Assembly: GCA_963737155.1 (NCBI GenBank)
Contig: CAVTRN010000002.1
Coordinates: forward strand, 736,001 to 800,000
Origin: Nitrospirota bacterium
GTDB taxonomy: Bacteria; Nitrospirota; UBA9217
DNA length: 64,000 nucleotides
Direction of reading: 5' to 3'
The notes under the pieces were generated by a model that searched no databases, was not told the DNA's origin, and worked only from the letters and a program-made list of their open reading frames with translations. A program made the translations under genes and the position numbers. How positions within the stretch are numbered: position 1 is the stretch's first letter; every line of letters starts with the position of its first letter. This document shows positions 1-9,684 of this stretch, piece by piece.

Positions 1-1
1 G

Positions 2-178
2 TGTTATGACGACGGCAAAGCAGCCTTGCAGGGATTGAAAGGCATTCAGAAAATTGAAACAGGATTTCATTACCTTAATGAAACGGATACCGTTTATTAT
101 GACCCGAAAGTGATTACGGTTGAGGAAATGGAAGTGGCCTTGAAGAATGCCGGAACATACGTGAAAACGGGAAAATAG
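2..178 (+). CDS. 3' end of a gene truncated by the window edge; HMA/MsrA-like ferredoxin-fold C-terminal domain
   Basis: Frame 2 is open from base 2 to TAG 176-178: CYDDGKAALQGLKGIQKIETGFHYLNETDTVYYDPKVITVEEMEVALKNAGTY. The GI..V...V.YDP..IT.EE pattern is typical of HMA/MsrA-like domains. Confidence 0.55.
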   Translation, partial: CYDDGKAALQGLKGIQKIETGFHYLNETDTVYYDPKVITVEEMEVALKNAGTYVKTGK

Positions 179-665
179 TGGAAAGATGCGCTTCGAGGAA
201 ATCCCGTGACATCTATAGCCGAAGAATTCGGCCGAAAGGACATTTTAACGTCACATAAATTATCAATGTTCCAATTGCCGCAACTGTATTTGCAATTTTA
301 AGTGGAGATCCCGACCCTGACCTTGATTGAGGGCATCAGGAGTCGCTCATTGCAAAAAATGCACTGATCGGAATAGACGCAAAAAAGGGAAATATAAATG
401 AAAAGGAAATGCTATAATTATGAAGTGATGCTGCGAATCCAAAGTTTGAAAAATTGTGAGTGGGCCTTAAGCTTCCTCCGGTCATTCTGCTGGATATCCC
501 GTTGCGCCGTACTATCCTGATTATTGAAGGACTTCCACGATGCGGTGGAGCGGGAGTAATTTGTGACTGTTTCGGGGAAATAATATAAATGCGTTGAATA
601 TTATTTCAATCTATCTGGCTTGTGTTATATAAATCTGCGGGAATTGTAAAGCTGCGAGCATCGGA

Positions 666-1622
666 ATGAAGACATTCAAGGAAACAATCAGCGAGACTTC
701 TTTACAATCGTTTATGGCACTTGATCTCAAGGTCCTTCAGGCGAATGTGGGATACCGGTGCAATCTTGCATGTAAACACTGCCACGTTTCTGGCGGTCCG
801 GTCCGACAAGAAGTCATGAACGAAAAGATTGCGAGGCAAGTGATACGTGTTGTAACGGACAATCCTTTTGATATGCTTGATATCACTGGCGGGGCTCCGG
901 AAATGAACCCCTCGCTGAAGACCATCGTTCGAGAAACGAGAAGGGCTGGAAAGCGCGTGACTGTTCGTACCAACCTCACCATCTTTTTCGAGCACGGCTT
1001 TGAGGCCTTTCCGGAATGGTACCGCGATCAGGGTGTTGATTTGATCGCATCGCTCCCCTATTATCTGGAGGACGGCGTCGATCGGGTGCGAGGGAATGGT
1101 ACTTACAAAAAAAGCATAGAAGCATTAAAGATCCTGAATGGTCTGGGCTACGGAATTGATTCGACAGGTCCTTCATTGAGCCTCGTATACAACCCGCAGG
1201 GGATGTTCCTGGCGCCCTCCCAATGTTCGCTCGAAATGGAATATCGTCGCGAACTCAAGGACCGCTTCGGCATCTCTTTCACCCGTTTGTATACATTCAC
1301 AAATATGCCGCTTGGAAGGTTTCGCGAACATCTCGTGCGGACGGGGAACCTTGATAAATACATGGACAAACTCGCATGTGCATTCAACCCCGCAACGCTG
1401 GACGGCATAATGTGTCGGCATATCATAAGCGTTGGATGGGATGGAGCACTTCACGATTGTGATTTCAACCTGGTGCTTGGGCTTCCCACCGCAGCCGGCG
1501 TTCCCCAGCATATCGACGATTTCGACTATACTGTTTTGGTGAACCGATTGGTGTCGGTGGGTGACCACTGCTATGGATGCACAGCTGGACAGGGCTCCTC
1601 ATGAGTGGGAGCAGTCGCTTAG
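666..1622 (+). CDS. arsS: Arsenosugar biosynthesis radical SAM (seleno)protein ArsS-like; UGA 1602-1604 probably Sec
   Basis: CNLACKHC motif, DITGGAPE, and C-terminal GDHCYGCTAGQGSS. The ORF track stops at TGA 1602-1604, where the family has GSS[C/U]. Read-through gives U-VGAVA-TAG (1620-1622). Confidence 0.85.
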
Positions 1623-1638
1623 CAGGCGGTCGCCTGCT
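1621..1638 (+). promoter_or_regulatory. Putative bacterial SECIS hairpin for the arsS UGA
   Basis: AGCAGGC-GGTC-GCCTGCT is a perfect 7-bp stem with a G-starting loop, beginning 16 nt after the UGA. Confidence 0.6.
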
Positions 1639-1727
1639 CGGGAAACCAGTAAAGGGGAAATCACCGATATCGACCGCCCGGGTTCGTACGGCAAAACAAG
1701 AGCGGCTTTCAACACGCACGAGGCAAC

Positions 1728-2732
1728 ATGAAAAGGACGACACGTCCAACCTTGATTCTTGCCGGGGACATTGGCGGCACAAATACGCGGCTGGGATTAT
1801 TCCGTGTATCAGAGACTGTCAGCCGTCTTCTAACCTCCACTACCTATCCTAGTACAGCCTATCGCAGCCTAGAAAACATCATAGCTGAATTCCGTCAGGG
1901 GAGGGAGCGGATATCCGCAGCATGTTTCGGCTTGGCTGGTCCCGTGGTAAACGGCACTGCCGTTGCGACCAACCTTCGCTGGAAGATATCGGAAACAGCC
2001 CTCGGCAGATTCCTTGGCGTGAAAAAAATTTCCCTTATCAATGACCTTGTGGCAAACGCATACGGCATCGAAGTAATGACCAGATACGATTTTACGGTCC
2101 TGAATAAGGGCGGAAGTGCGGTCGGCAACAGAGCACTACTGTCCGCGGGAACCGGCCTCGGCGCTGCGGTCATGTATTGGAACGGCAAACGTTATTTCGT
2201 TTCCCCCTCGGAGGGAGGACACGTTGAGTTCGGCCCGAAAAACAGCCTGGAACTCGGTCTCATCCGGTATCTTCTCGAACGTTACGGACATGTGAGCTAC
2301 GAGCGGGTACTATCCGGCGCAGGACTGGTCAATATATATCAGTTCCTGCGGGACGACGGTAAATTCGGGAAGGAACCTGGCTGGCTGACCTCCCGCTTCG
2401 CTAAAGAAGACCCTGCCAAAGTTATAGCCGAATCGGCCCGGTGTAAAATGAGCAGGCTCTGTGCGGATGCTCTCGATCTTTTCGCTTCCATTTACGGCTC
2501 AGCCGCCGGCAATCTCGCCCTCCAGATCATGGCCACGGGCGGCGTATACATCGGCGGCGGGATTGCCCCGAGAATCATCTGGAAGCTTGAGGATGGAACA
2601 TTTATGAAGGCTTTCAGGGACAAAGGCCGGCTTTCCTCAATTGTCGAACGCATTCCGGTGAAGGTGATCATGAACGACCATGCTGCCCTGTTCGGCGCCG
2701 CCGCACATGCTGTCAATATGTTAAAAAAATAA
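1728..2732 (+). CDS. glk: Glucokinase
   Basis: LAGDIGGTNTR ATP motif, LINDLVANAYG, GTGLG, SEGGHVEF, GGVYIGGGIAP. Confidence 0.92.
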   Translation: MKRTTRPTLILAGDIGGTNTRLGLFRVSETVSRLLTSTTYPSTAYRSLENIIAEFRQGRERISAACFGLAGPVVNGTAVATNLRWKISETALGRFLGVKKISLINDLVANAYGIEVMTRYDFTVLNKGGSAVGNRALLSAGTGLGAAVMYWNGKRYFVSPSEGGHVEFGPKNSLELGLIRYLLERYGHVSYERVLSGAGLVNIYQFLRDDGKFGKEPGWLTSRFAKEDPAKVIAESARCKMSRLCADALDLFASIYGSAAGNLALQIMATGGVYIGGGIAPRIIWKLEDGTFMKAFRDKGRLSSIVERIPVKVIMNDHAALFGAAAHAVNMLKK

Positions 2733-2743
2733 GAAGAAACCTT

Positions 2744-3181
2744 ATGTCGGAGAAAGTAATAATTCGTCAAAAAAAGAATTATGAAACCAGTTTCATGGCG
2801 CTCAATCCTGACGAGCCAGGATCGGGCATAGCTCGTTCGGTACATAGTATTCATGAGTTGACGCCATATGGCATGGTTCTAGCGGGTCTTGGAACATGTA
2901 CGGCCTTCGTTGTGAATACCTATGCAGAACATCACAACCTCGATGTGAATGCTGTGGAACTCAAATTGGAGTACCGACGGACATTCAAGGATGATTGCGC
3001 GCACTGTGAGGAGATCGACAAATATGAGGACCAGATCCATATGTTTGTAAGTTTCGAGGGAAATCTTACAGCACAAGAGATGGATAAGTTATACAAGATT
3101 TCTCTGCAGTGTCCTGTTCATAAGATGCTGAAAAGCGGAATCCCGGTAAAATCAATGCTCACCCGGCATACTTCGGATTAG
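2744..3181 (+). CDS. OsmC/YhfA family protein
   Basis: TPYGMVLAGLGTCT and LQCPVHKML carry the conserved Cys pair; there is an extra DDCAHCEE motif. Confidence 0.82.
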   Translation: MSEKVIIRQKKNYETSFMALNPDEPGSGIARSVHSIHELTPYGMVLAGLGTCTAFVVNTYAEHHNLDVNAVELKLEYRRTFKDDCAHCEEIDKYEDQIHMFVSFEGNLTAQEMDKLYKISLQCPVHKMLKSGIPVKSMLTRHTSD

Positions 3182-3538
3182 CCATCTTCGGCTCGCGAGG
3201 TCGATTTTATCGGGAGAGGAGCGTATCCCATCGTGGATGCGTATAAGATAAACACTCATTTCGTCGATATTGGAGGTGTCTTTAAAGAGTTTGATGGGCA
3301 GGGCAAACGTTTCCTGAACGATAGGGGAAAGGGGCTACGCATCGACCGCGCTGGGGGAAAAGGTCTAACTGTCGCAGGTATTCAAGCCTGAAGAAGTATT
3401 TTGACGCCTGTCTAGGAGGAGCGATAAAGGTCATCCTCCCAATCTGCCGGAGAAGGGCCGGGAGTTCCTGCAATCAAGGAAATTTGACGAGTAATACCTG
3501 GATTACGACCGGAATGCGAACGTTTTGATAAACGCCCA

Positions 3539-5089
3539 ATGACCGAAAGAGAGGCCTTGCGAATGGAAACCCGGACGCTGGTATTTCCTCAAGACGAGAA
3601 CAACAGGACCCTTATCGAGAACGTCCACCCCGCTGTGTGGAAGAACCCAGAACCCGCACCAATGTATAATCTCGTTGTGATCGGCGCGGGGACAGCGGGA
3701 CTGGTTACTGCTGCGGGGGCAGCGGGTCTTGGTGCAAGGGTTGCGCTTATTGAGCGTAATATGCTAGGGGGCGACTGCCTCAATGTCGGCTGTGTGCCTT
3801 CCAAGGGGATCATCAGGGCAAGCCGCGCCGCCTACGACGTTAGGACAGCGGAAGAGTTTGGTATACGGTTAAGCAAGGAATTTTCCATCGACTTCGGCAA
3901 GGCAATGGAACGAATGCGCCGGATCAGAGCCGGGATCAGTTCCCATGATTCGGCGGAGCGTTTTAGTAAAGAACTGGGGGTGGACCTTTTCTTCGGCAGT
4001 GCAAAATTTGTCGGTCCGGACATCATCGAGGTTGATGGCAGGCTCCTGAAGTTTAAAAGGTCCGCGCTTTGCTCTGGCGCTCGCGCTGCTGTACCGCTCA
4101 TTCCGGGCATAGAGGAAACCGGCTACCTGACCAATGAAAACATATTCTGGCTTACGGAACTTCCGAAGAGGCTTGCAGTCATCGGCGGAGGTCCTATCGG
4201 CTGTGAGCTTGCCCAGACTTTTGCGCGCATGGGGAGCGAAGTGACGATACTCCAGCGCGGCGGTCATGTTCTCCCGAGAGAGGACGCTGATGCTGCGGAA
4301 ATTGTGCATAAGGCTCTCGCAAGGGACGGCGTCGTACTACGGCTTCAGGCAAAGATTCTCAGTGCCAATAAAAAAGGGAATGACAAAGTCGTCATTGTTG
4401 AAGAGAACGGAAAAACCACGGAGATTCCCGTAGATCAGATTCTCGTGGGTGTGGGGAGGGCTCCGAACGTTGAGGGGCTTGAGCTCGAGAAGGCGGGGAT
4501 AACATATGACCTCCGCGAGGGCGTGAAGGTGAATGAGAGGCTCCAGACCTCGAACCCGCGCGTATATGCGGCCGGCGATATTTGTTTCCCGTATAAATTC
4601 ACGCATATGGCTGACGCCCTTGCCCGCATCCTGATCGCAAACGCCCTGTTCAAGGCAAGACAATCAACATCAGCCCTCGTCGTTCCCTGGTGTACCTACA
4701 CCGACCCCGAGGTGGCCCATGTAGGGATGTATGAACAGGATGCCGCGGACAAGGGTATCAACGTGCTGACCCTTACTGTGCTGCTTTCCGATGTGGACCG
4801 GGCCCTGCTCGACGGAGAAACCGAAGGGTTTGCCCGTGTGCATCTCAAAAAGGGCGGCGATCAAATCCTTGGCGCAACGATTGTGGCTCGCCATGCGGGC
4901 GAGATGATCAATGAATTTTCCCTTGCCATGACTGCGGGTCTGGGCCTTTCGGCAATTGGCAAGACAATCCATCCTTATCCGACCCAGGCGGAGGCAATTA
5001 AGAAGCTTGCCGACGCGTATAATCGGACGCGTCTCACGCCGTTAGTAAAGAAGGTGTTTACAGCTTGGCTTAAATGGCAGCGGTCGTAA
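3539..5089 (+). CDS. Mercuric reductase/dihydrolipoamide dehydrogenase-like flavoprotein disulfide reductase
   Basis: GAGTAG FAD motif, GGDCLNVGCVPSK redox disulfide, GGGPIG, HPYPTQAE. It lacks the C-terminal Cys-Cys of true MerA. The start may be ATG 3563. Confidence 0.88.
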   Translation: MTEREALRMETRTLVFPQDENNRTLIENVHPAVWKNPEPAPMYNLVVIGAGTAGLVTAAGAAGLGARVALIERNMLGGDCLNVGCVPSKGIIRASRAAYDVRTAEEFGIRLSKEFSIDFGKAMERMRRIRAGISSHDSAERFSKELGVDLFFGSAKFVGPDIIEVDGRLLKFKRSALCSGARAAVPLIPGIEETGYLTNENIFWLTELPKRLAVIGGGPIGCELAQTFARMGSEVTILQRGGHVLPREDADAAEIVHKALARDGVVLRLQAKILSANKKGNDKVVIVEENGKTTEIPVDQILVGVGRAPNVEGLELEKAGITYDLREGVKVNERLQTSNPRVYAAGDICFPYKFTHMADALARILIANALFKARQSTSALVVPWCTYTDPEVAHVGMYEQDAADKGINVLTLTVLLSDVDRALLDGETEGFARVHLKKGGDQILGATIVARHAGEMINEFSLAMTAGLGLSAIGKTIHPYPTQAEAIKKLADAYNRTRLTPLVKKVFTAWLKWQRS

Positions 5090-5340
5090 TGCGATGCGCA
5101 TGGGGTCGGGCAGGGAAAGTATCATGGGAAGCGGTGAGCTTTAGTTCCGGCACCGTCAAGGCAAAGGTCAGCAAGCAGTCATGGGAAACGCGGGAAGCAG
5201 AGGCGACGCTGCTCAGGGCGGTTCCCTATGGTTGGGTCGACGAGGTGAACAGCGGTCGCGCCGCGGACTGACTCTCATCCGACGAGGCGGGCTATATTAC
5301 TGGAACCACGATTTTTATCGATGGCAGAGGTTCCGGTATA

Positions 5341-8004
5341 ATGGAGCAGCAGATGAGCGAGGGGCCTATTACAGCCGAAGACAAGCGGTTGTCAGATAAT
5401 GCCGCTCACAAGGTTTTCTGGAAGAAATGGGGCCCCTACTTGAGCGAACGCCAATGGGGCACGGTGCGCGAGGATTACAGCGAGGACGGGGAAGCTTGGG
5501 ACTATTTCCCTCATGATCATGCGCGCTCTCGCGTTTACCGGTGGGGTGAGGATGGCCTGGCGGGCATCTCCGACATTAACCAGAACCTTTGCTTTGGACT
5601 TGCCCTTTGGAACGGGCGCGATCCCATTCTTAAGGAACGGATATTTGGCCTCTCAAGCAACGAAGGCAACCATGGGGAAGACGTCAAGGAATTGTATTAT
5701 TATCTTGATAATACGCCCACCCATTCCTACATGAAGTACCTGTACAAATATCTCCAGACCGCATTCCCGTACCAGGATCTCATGGAAACGAACAGAAAGC
5801 GGTCCCGCCTTGATCCAGAATACGAGCTGCTGGACACTGATGCATTCACCCGGAATAGGTACTTTGACGTCTTCGTGGAATACGCGAAGGCCGGTCCAGA
5901 GGACGTCCTCATAAAGATCACTGCTCACAATCGGGGAAGAGACCGGGCTGCAATCGTCATCATGCCGACACTATGGTATCGTAACACTTGGGCTTTTGGC
6001 AAGCTGAAAAAAAGGCCGGACATCACTCGGACGGAGAGCTCAAGGGAATGGACGACGCTGGAATGCGATCATGAAGAGATGGGGCAGTATTATCTCTATG
6101 GCGAAACGGGTGATCTGGTACTATTTACCGAGAATGAAACGAACACGGAGCGGCTGTTTCACATACCCAATGCTTCACCCTTCGTAAAGGATGCCTTTCA
6201 CGACGCTGTCATAAGTGGCGATTTCGCAATTTTCAGCGATAGAACGAACGGCACGAAGTGCGCTATCCTGTATCGTTTTAATCTTGCGGGAGGAGAGGTC
6301 GGCATTGTAAAGCTTCGCCTGAGGAAAGAAAAGAGCGAACAGAACCCTTTTGGACAGGAATTCGAAGAGGTCTTGAGGCATCGGATTGACGAGGCGGATG
6401 AGTTTTATGCTCAGTTCGTGCCTGCCGTGCCGGAAAGCGATGTGATCGCGGTGCAGCGTCAGGCTTTCGCGGGATTGCTCTGGAACAAGCAGTACTACAA
6501 CTACGAGCTCGAAACCTGGCTAAACGGAGACCCCGGCCAGTCGCCTCCCCCGGAAGGCAGGAAAAAGGGACGTAATGCTGATTGGAAGTATCTCTTTAAT
6601 CGTGACGTCATCTCCATGCCTGACAAATGGGAGTACCCGTGGTACGCAAGCTGGGATCTTGCGTTTCATTGCGTCCCACTTTCCATGATCGACGCTGATT
6701 TTGCAAAAAAGCAGCTTGTCCTTTTTACGCGGGAATGGTATATGCATCCGAATGGCCAAATTCCTGCTTATGAGTGGAACCTGAGCGACGTAAATCCCCC
6801 TGTGCATGCTTGGGCGGCCTTAAAGGTTTACGAAATCGAGAAATCACGCAGCGGCAAAGGCGATATTGCGTTTCTCAAGCGGATGTTCCTCAAGCTCCTG
6901 CTTAATTTCACATGGTGGGTCAACCGAAAGGACTCGGAGGGGAAGAACATCTTTCAGGGCGGCTTTCTGGGACTCGATAACATCGGCGCTTTTGACCGGA
7001 GCAAGCCGCTCCCCGGCGGGGGGCATATTGAGCAGGCCGACGGTACGAGCTGGATGGCCATGTATGCTCTCGGCCTGATGGACATGTCACTGGAAATCGC
7101 TCATGAAGACCGGGACTATGAGGATATGGCATCCAAATTTTATGAGCACTTTGTCCACATTGCTGAATCGCTGAATCAGTTGGGAGGGCAGGGACTGTGG
7201 GACGAGGAAGACGGTTACTATTACGACGCGTTGCACATGCCTGATGGAAACATTATTCCGCTTAAGGTACGCTCCCTGGTGGGATTAACTTCCCTTTTGG
7301 CGGTGTCGATTGTGCGGAGCGACGTCCTGTCCAAAATGAAAGGGTTTAATAAAAGGATGGTCTGGTTCATGAACAACCGCGAGGACCTGGGCAAATACAT
7401 GGCGATCGAAGATTTCAAGGAGGGACAAGATGTCCTGCTATCCCTCGTACCTAAAAAGCGGTTAGTTAGGATCCTCCGGAGGATGCTTGATGAGAATGAA
7501 TTCCTGTCTCCCGGCGGCATAAGGTCAATTTCCAAGTATCATCAGGACAACCCATATATTCTGCGGCTTGACAGCATGGAGTATCGCGTCGAATACGAAC
7601 CGGCTGAGTCCAAAACGAGTTTATTTGGCGGCAACTCAAACTGGCGCGGCCCAATATGGATTCCGATCAATTATCTCTTTATCGAGGCGCTGGTAAAATA
7701 CCATCATTATTACGGCGATTCACTTCAAGTTGAGTATCCTACTGGCTCCGGGAATAACATGACTCTCATGGATGTTGCTATAAACCTTTCCCGGCGCGTA
7801 ACCGCCGTCTTCATGAAAGATGCGAAAGGCAGACGGCTCGTCAACGGCGATGAAGCAAAATATCAAGAAGATCCACACTTTAAAGACCTTGTCCAGTTCT
7901 ATGAGTATTACCACGGGGATACGTGCAAAGGTCTTGGCGCAAGCCACCAGACGGGCTGGACGGCGCTCGTTGCGGAGATGATCCAGTGGTGCTGGTGCGA
8001 CTAG
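5341..8004 (+). CDS. MGH1-like / GH63 glycoside hydrolase
   Basis: WGPYLSERQWGTVREDYS, SMPDKWEYPWYASWDLAFH, FGGNSNWRGPIW, GASHQTGWT. Confidence 0.9.
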   Translation: MEQQMSEGPITAEDKRLSDNAAHKVFWKKWGPYLSERQWGTVREDYSEDGEAWDYFPHDHARSRVYRWGEDGLAGISDINQNLCFGLALWNGRDPILKERIFGLSSNEGNHGEDVKELYYYLDNTPTHSYMKYLYKYLQTAFPYQDLMETNRKRSRLDPEYELLDTDAFTRNRYFDVFVEYAKAGPEDVLIKITAHNRGRDRAAIVIMPTLWYRNTWAFGKLKKRPDITRTESSREWTTLECDHEEMGQYYLYGETGDLVLFTENETNTERLFHIPNASPFVKDAFHDAVISGDFAIFSDRTNGTKCAILYRFNLAGGEVGIVKLRLRKEKSEQNPFGQEFEEVLRHRIDEADEFYAQFVPAVPESDVIAVQRQAFAGLLWNKQYYNYELETWLNGDPGQSPPPEGRKKGRNADWKYLFNRDVISMPDKWEYPWYASWDLAFHCVPLSMIDADFAKKQLVLFTREWYMHPNGQIPAYEWNLSDVNPPVHAWAALKVYEIEKSRSGKGDIAFLKRMFLKLLLNFTWWVNRKDSEGKNIFQGGFLGLDNIGAFDRSKPLPGGGHIEQADGTSWMAMYALGLMDMSLEIAHEDRDYEDMASKFYEHFVHIAESLNQLGGQGLWDEEDGYYYDALHMPDGNIIPLKVRSLVGLTSLLAVSIVRSDVLSKMKGFNKRMVWFMNNREDLGKYMAIEDFKEGQDVLLSLVPKKRLVRILRRMLDENEFLSPGGIRSISKYHQDNPYILRLDSMEYRVEYEPAESKTSLFGGNSNWRGPIWIPINYLFIEALVKYHHYYGDSLQVEYPTGSGNNMTLMDVAINLSRRVTAVFMKDAKGRRLVNGDEAKYQEDPHFKDLVQFYEYYHGDTCKGLGASHQTGWTALVAEMIQWCWCD

Positions 8005-8215
8005 CGCGCATAGCCGATGTTGACAGGGCAAAGTGAGTACGGCACCAGCGACAAATACACGATGTATGAATTACATACCCTGACGTGGCTATGCCGGGAT
8101 CGCACGTAGTGCTTGAAGAGATCATGACCATATTACTCAAGTCAAATAGCTGCCATGAAACAGGACGGACGCATACTGCAGCGCTCTTTGGGGCCGTTCG
8201 AGAACAGGAAATGCC

Positions 8216-8896
8216 ATGATGAATAAAAAGATTTGGGTTGCATCAGCAATTGTAATCCTGGGCGTATTGTTCTTTTATTTCGACCTGGGAAAATACCTGA
8301 CCTTGGCGTCGCTCAAGGAAAACCGTGCCGCACTCGTTGTATTCTACGAGAGCCACCAGGTTGTCATGGTCTCAGGGTTCATTACCGCCTATATCATTCA
8401 GACAGCCCTGTCTCTGCCGGGCGCGGCCGTGTTCTCGCTCGCGGCAGGGGCCGTGTTCGGCGCTGTCATGGGGACCGTGTATGTCAACATTGGCGCGACA
8501 GTCGGAGCCTCCTTGGCATTTCTTGTCGCCCGGTATCTTTTCCGTGATGTGATCCAGAATAAATTCGGACCCCGACTTGAGAAAATTAACACCGAACTCG
8601 AGACGAGGGGGTTCAACTACCTGCTTTTCTTAAGGTTGGTTCCGGTCTTTCCCTTCTTTCTCATCAACCTTGGCGCGGGCTTGACCAGAATGCCCTTGCG
8701 AACGTTTTTTTTGGGTACCATGGTGGGAATCATTCCGGGCAGTTTCGTATATTGCAACGCCGGAGCCAGCCTGGCCGCAATCAACAGCATGAGAGAGGTC
8801 GCTTCGCCCCGGGTGCTTGGGTCCTTTGCCCTGCTGGGATTATTTGCGATTGTGCCTATACTTTATCAGAAAAGTAGAAAAAAGAAGCAAATATGA
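8216..8896 (+). CDS. TVP38/TMEM64 (DedA/VTT) family membrane protein
   Basis: ALSLPGAAVFSLAAGAVFG and LFLRLVPVFPFFLINL. Confidence 0.9.
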   Translation: MMNKKIWVASAIVILGVLFFYFDLGKYLTLASLKENRAALVVFYESHQVVMVSGFITAYIIQTALSLPGAAVFSLAAGAVFGAVMGTVYVNIGATVGASLAFLVARYLFRDVIQNKFGPRLEKINTELETRGFNYLLFLRLVPVFPFFLINLGAGLTRMPLRTFFLGTMVGIIPGSFVYCNAGASLAAINSMREVASPRVLGSFALLGLFAIVPILYQKSRKKKQI

Positions 8897-9107
8897 AAGA
8901 ACTTCATATTTAATGATAAATTTGAGGAGGAATATTTTGGACTAATGTCCGCGCATTCCCCCTGCTAGTCGCGAAGCGCCAGGAAGAAGGCAAGCGGGCA
9001 GATGTGGATTTTGCCGAGTTTTTCTTTATTGCCTTAGCTGTTCTGAAACAAGCAATAAGTATGTGCGTACCGCAGTCCTTGTTTCGGAGCATCCCTTATA
9101 CCTCTTC

Positions 9108-9159
9108 TTGACACACCGCAGAATGGTGATAGAATTATGAGTATTCATCATTCATAATT
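9108..9159 (+). promoter_or_regulatory. Sigma70 promoter with overlapping inverted-repeat operator upstream of the RiPP precursor
   Basis: TTGACA 9108-9113, 16-nt spacer, TG-n-TAGAAT 9127-9135. Inverted repeat AATTATGA (9133-9140)-N11-TCATAATT (9152-9159). Confidence 0.65.
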
Positions 9160-9268
9160 AAGGCAAATGCAGATGGTTCCGTCCACAGCTTTATTCTGTG
9201 CGTTATGGTCAGGATTCGATTAGTTTTCTCCCTGTGCAAAGCGTGAATAAATGGGAAGGAGGTGAATC

Positions 9269-9541
9269 ATGGAAACCCAGGAGCTGAAAAAGTACCTTGC
9301 GAGATTCAGTATTGCCGGATTGCTTGCCGGTACTGGACTCGTGATAGGATTCGGTACGAGCAATGCCGTGGACAACTCAAATGGGGGGGGTGGCACAGGT
9401 ATTACCACTGAACAAAGTATGACAAAAAGCGGCGGGAGCGAATCAAAAGCTACTCCGACTTCAGAGCCAACCCCGACAGGCGGCTGATCCGGCTCAAAAG
9501 CTGAGCCAACGCCATCTGGTGGCGGAAGCGACAGCAAATAG
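9269..9541 (+). CDS. sbtA: SbtA-like thio(seleno)oxazole ('selenobiotic') RiPP precursor; UGA 9485-9487 probably Sec
   Basis: SD AAGGAGGT. The leader METQELKKYLARFSIAGLLAG matches the selenobiotic precursor pattern. Read-through gives GG-U-SGSKAEPTPSGGGSDSK-TAG (9539-9541). It lies directly upstream of the cognate rSAM. Confidence 0.78.
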
Positions 9542-9684
9542 TGCAGTTTGCACTATCAATGTTCCAGAAAAAATGCCGGCAGGATGAGTTTCCGGCTAAC
9601 ACGCATGGAACAAACATGGAGTTGAGCGGTCCCGGGGGTGCGAAAGAATACGCCGATCGCTCTCGGGATATTGTTTTTAGAACT

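Noticed and set aside
3539-5089. True mercuric reductase MerA / mer operon
   Set aside because: No C-terminal Cys-Cys, no NmerA domain, and no merR/T/P nearby.
9541-9684. GTG-started N-terminal extension of the rSAM and a short frame MEQTWS-TGA-AVPG as a second Sec peptide
   Set aside because: No SD, no convincing SECIS and no precursor-like leader; ATG 9685 is the more plausible start.
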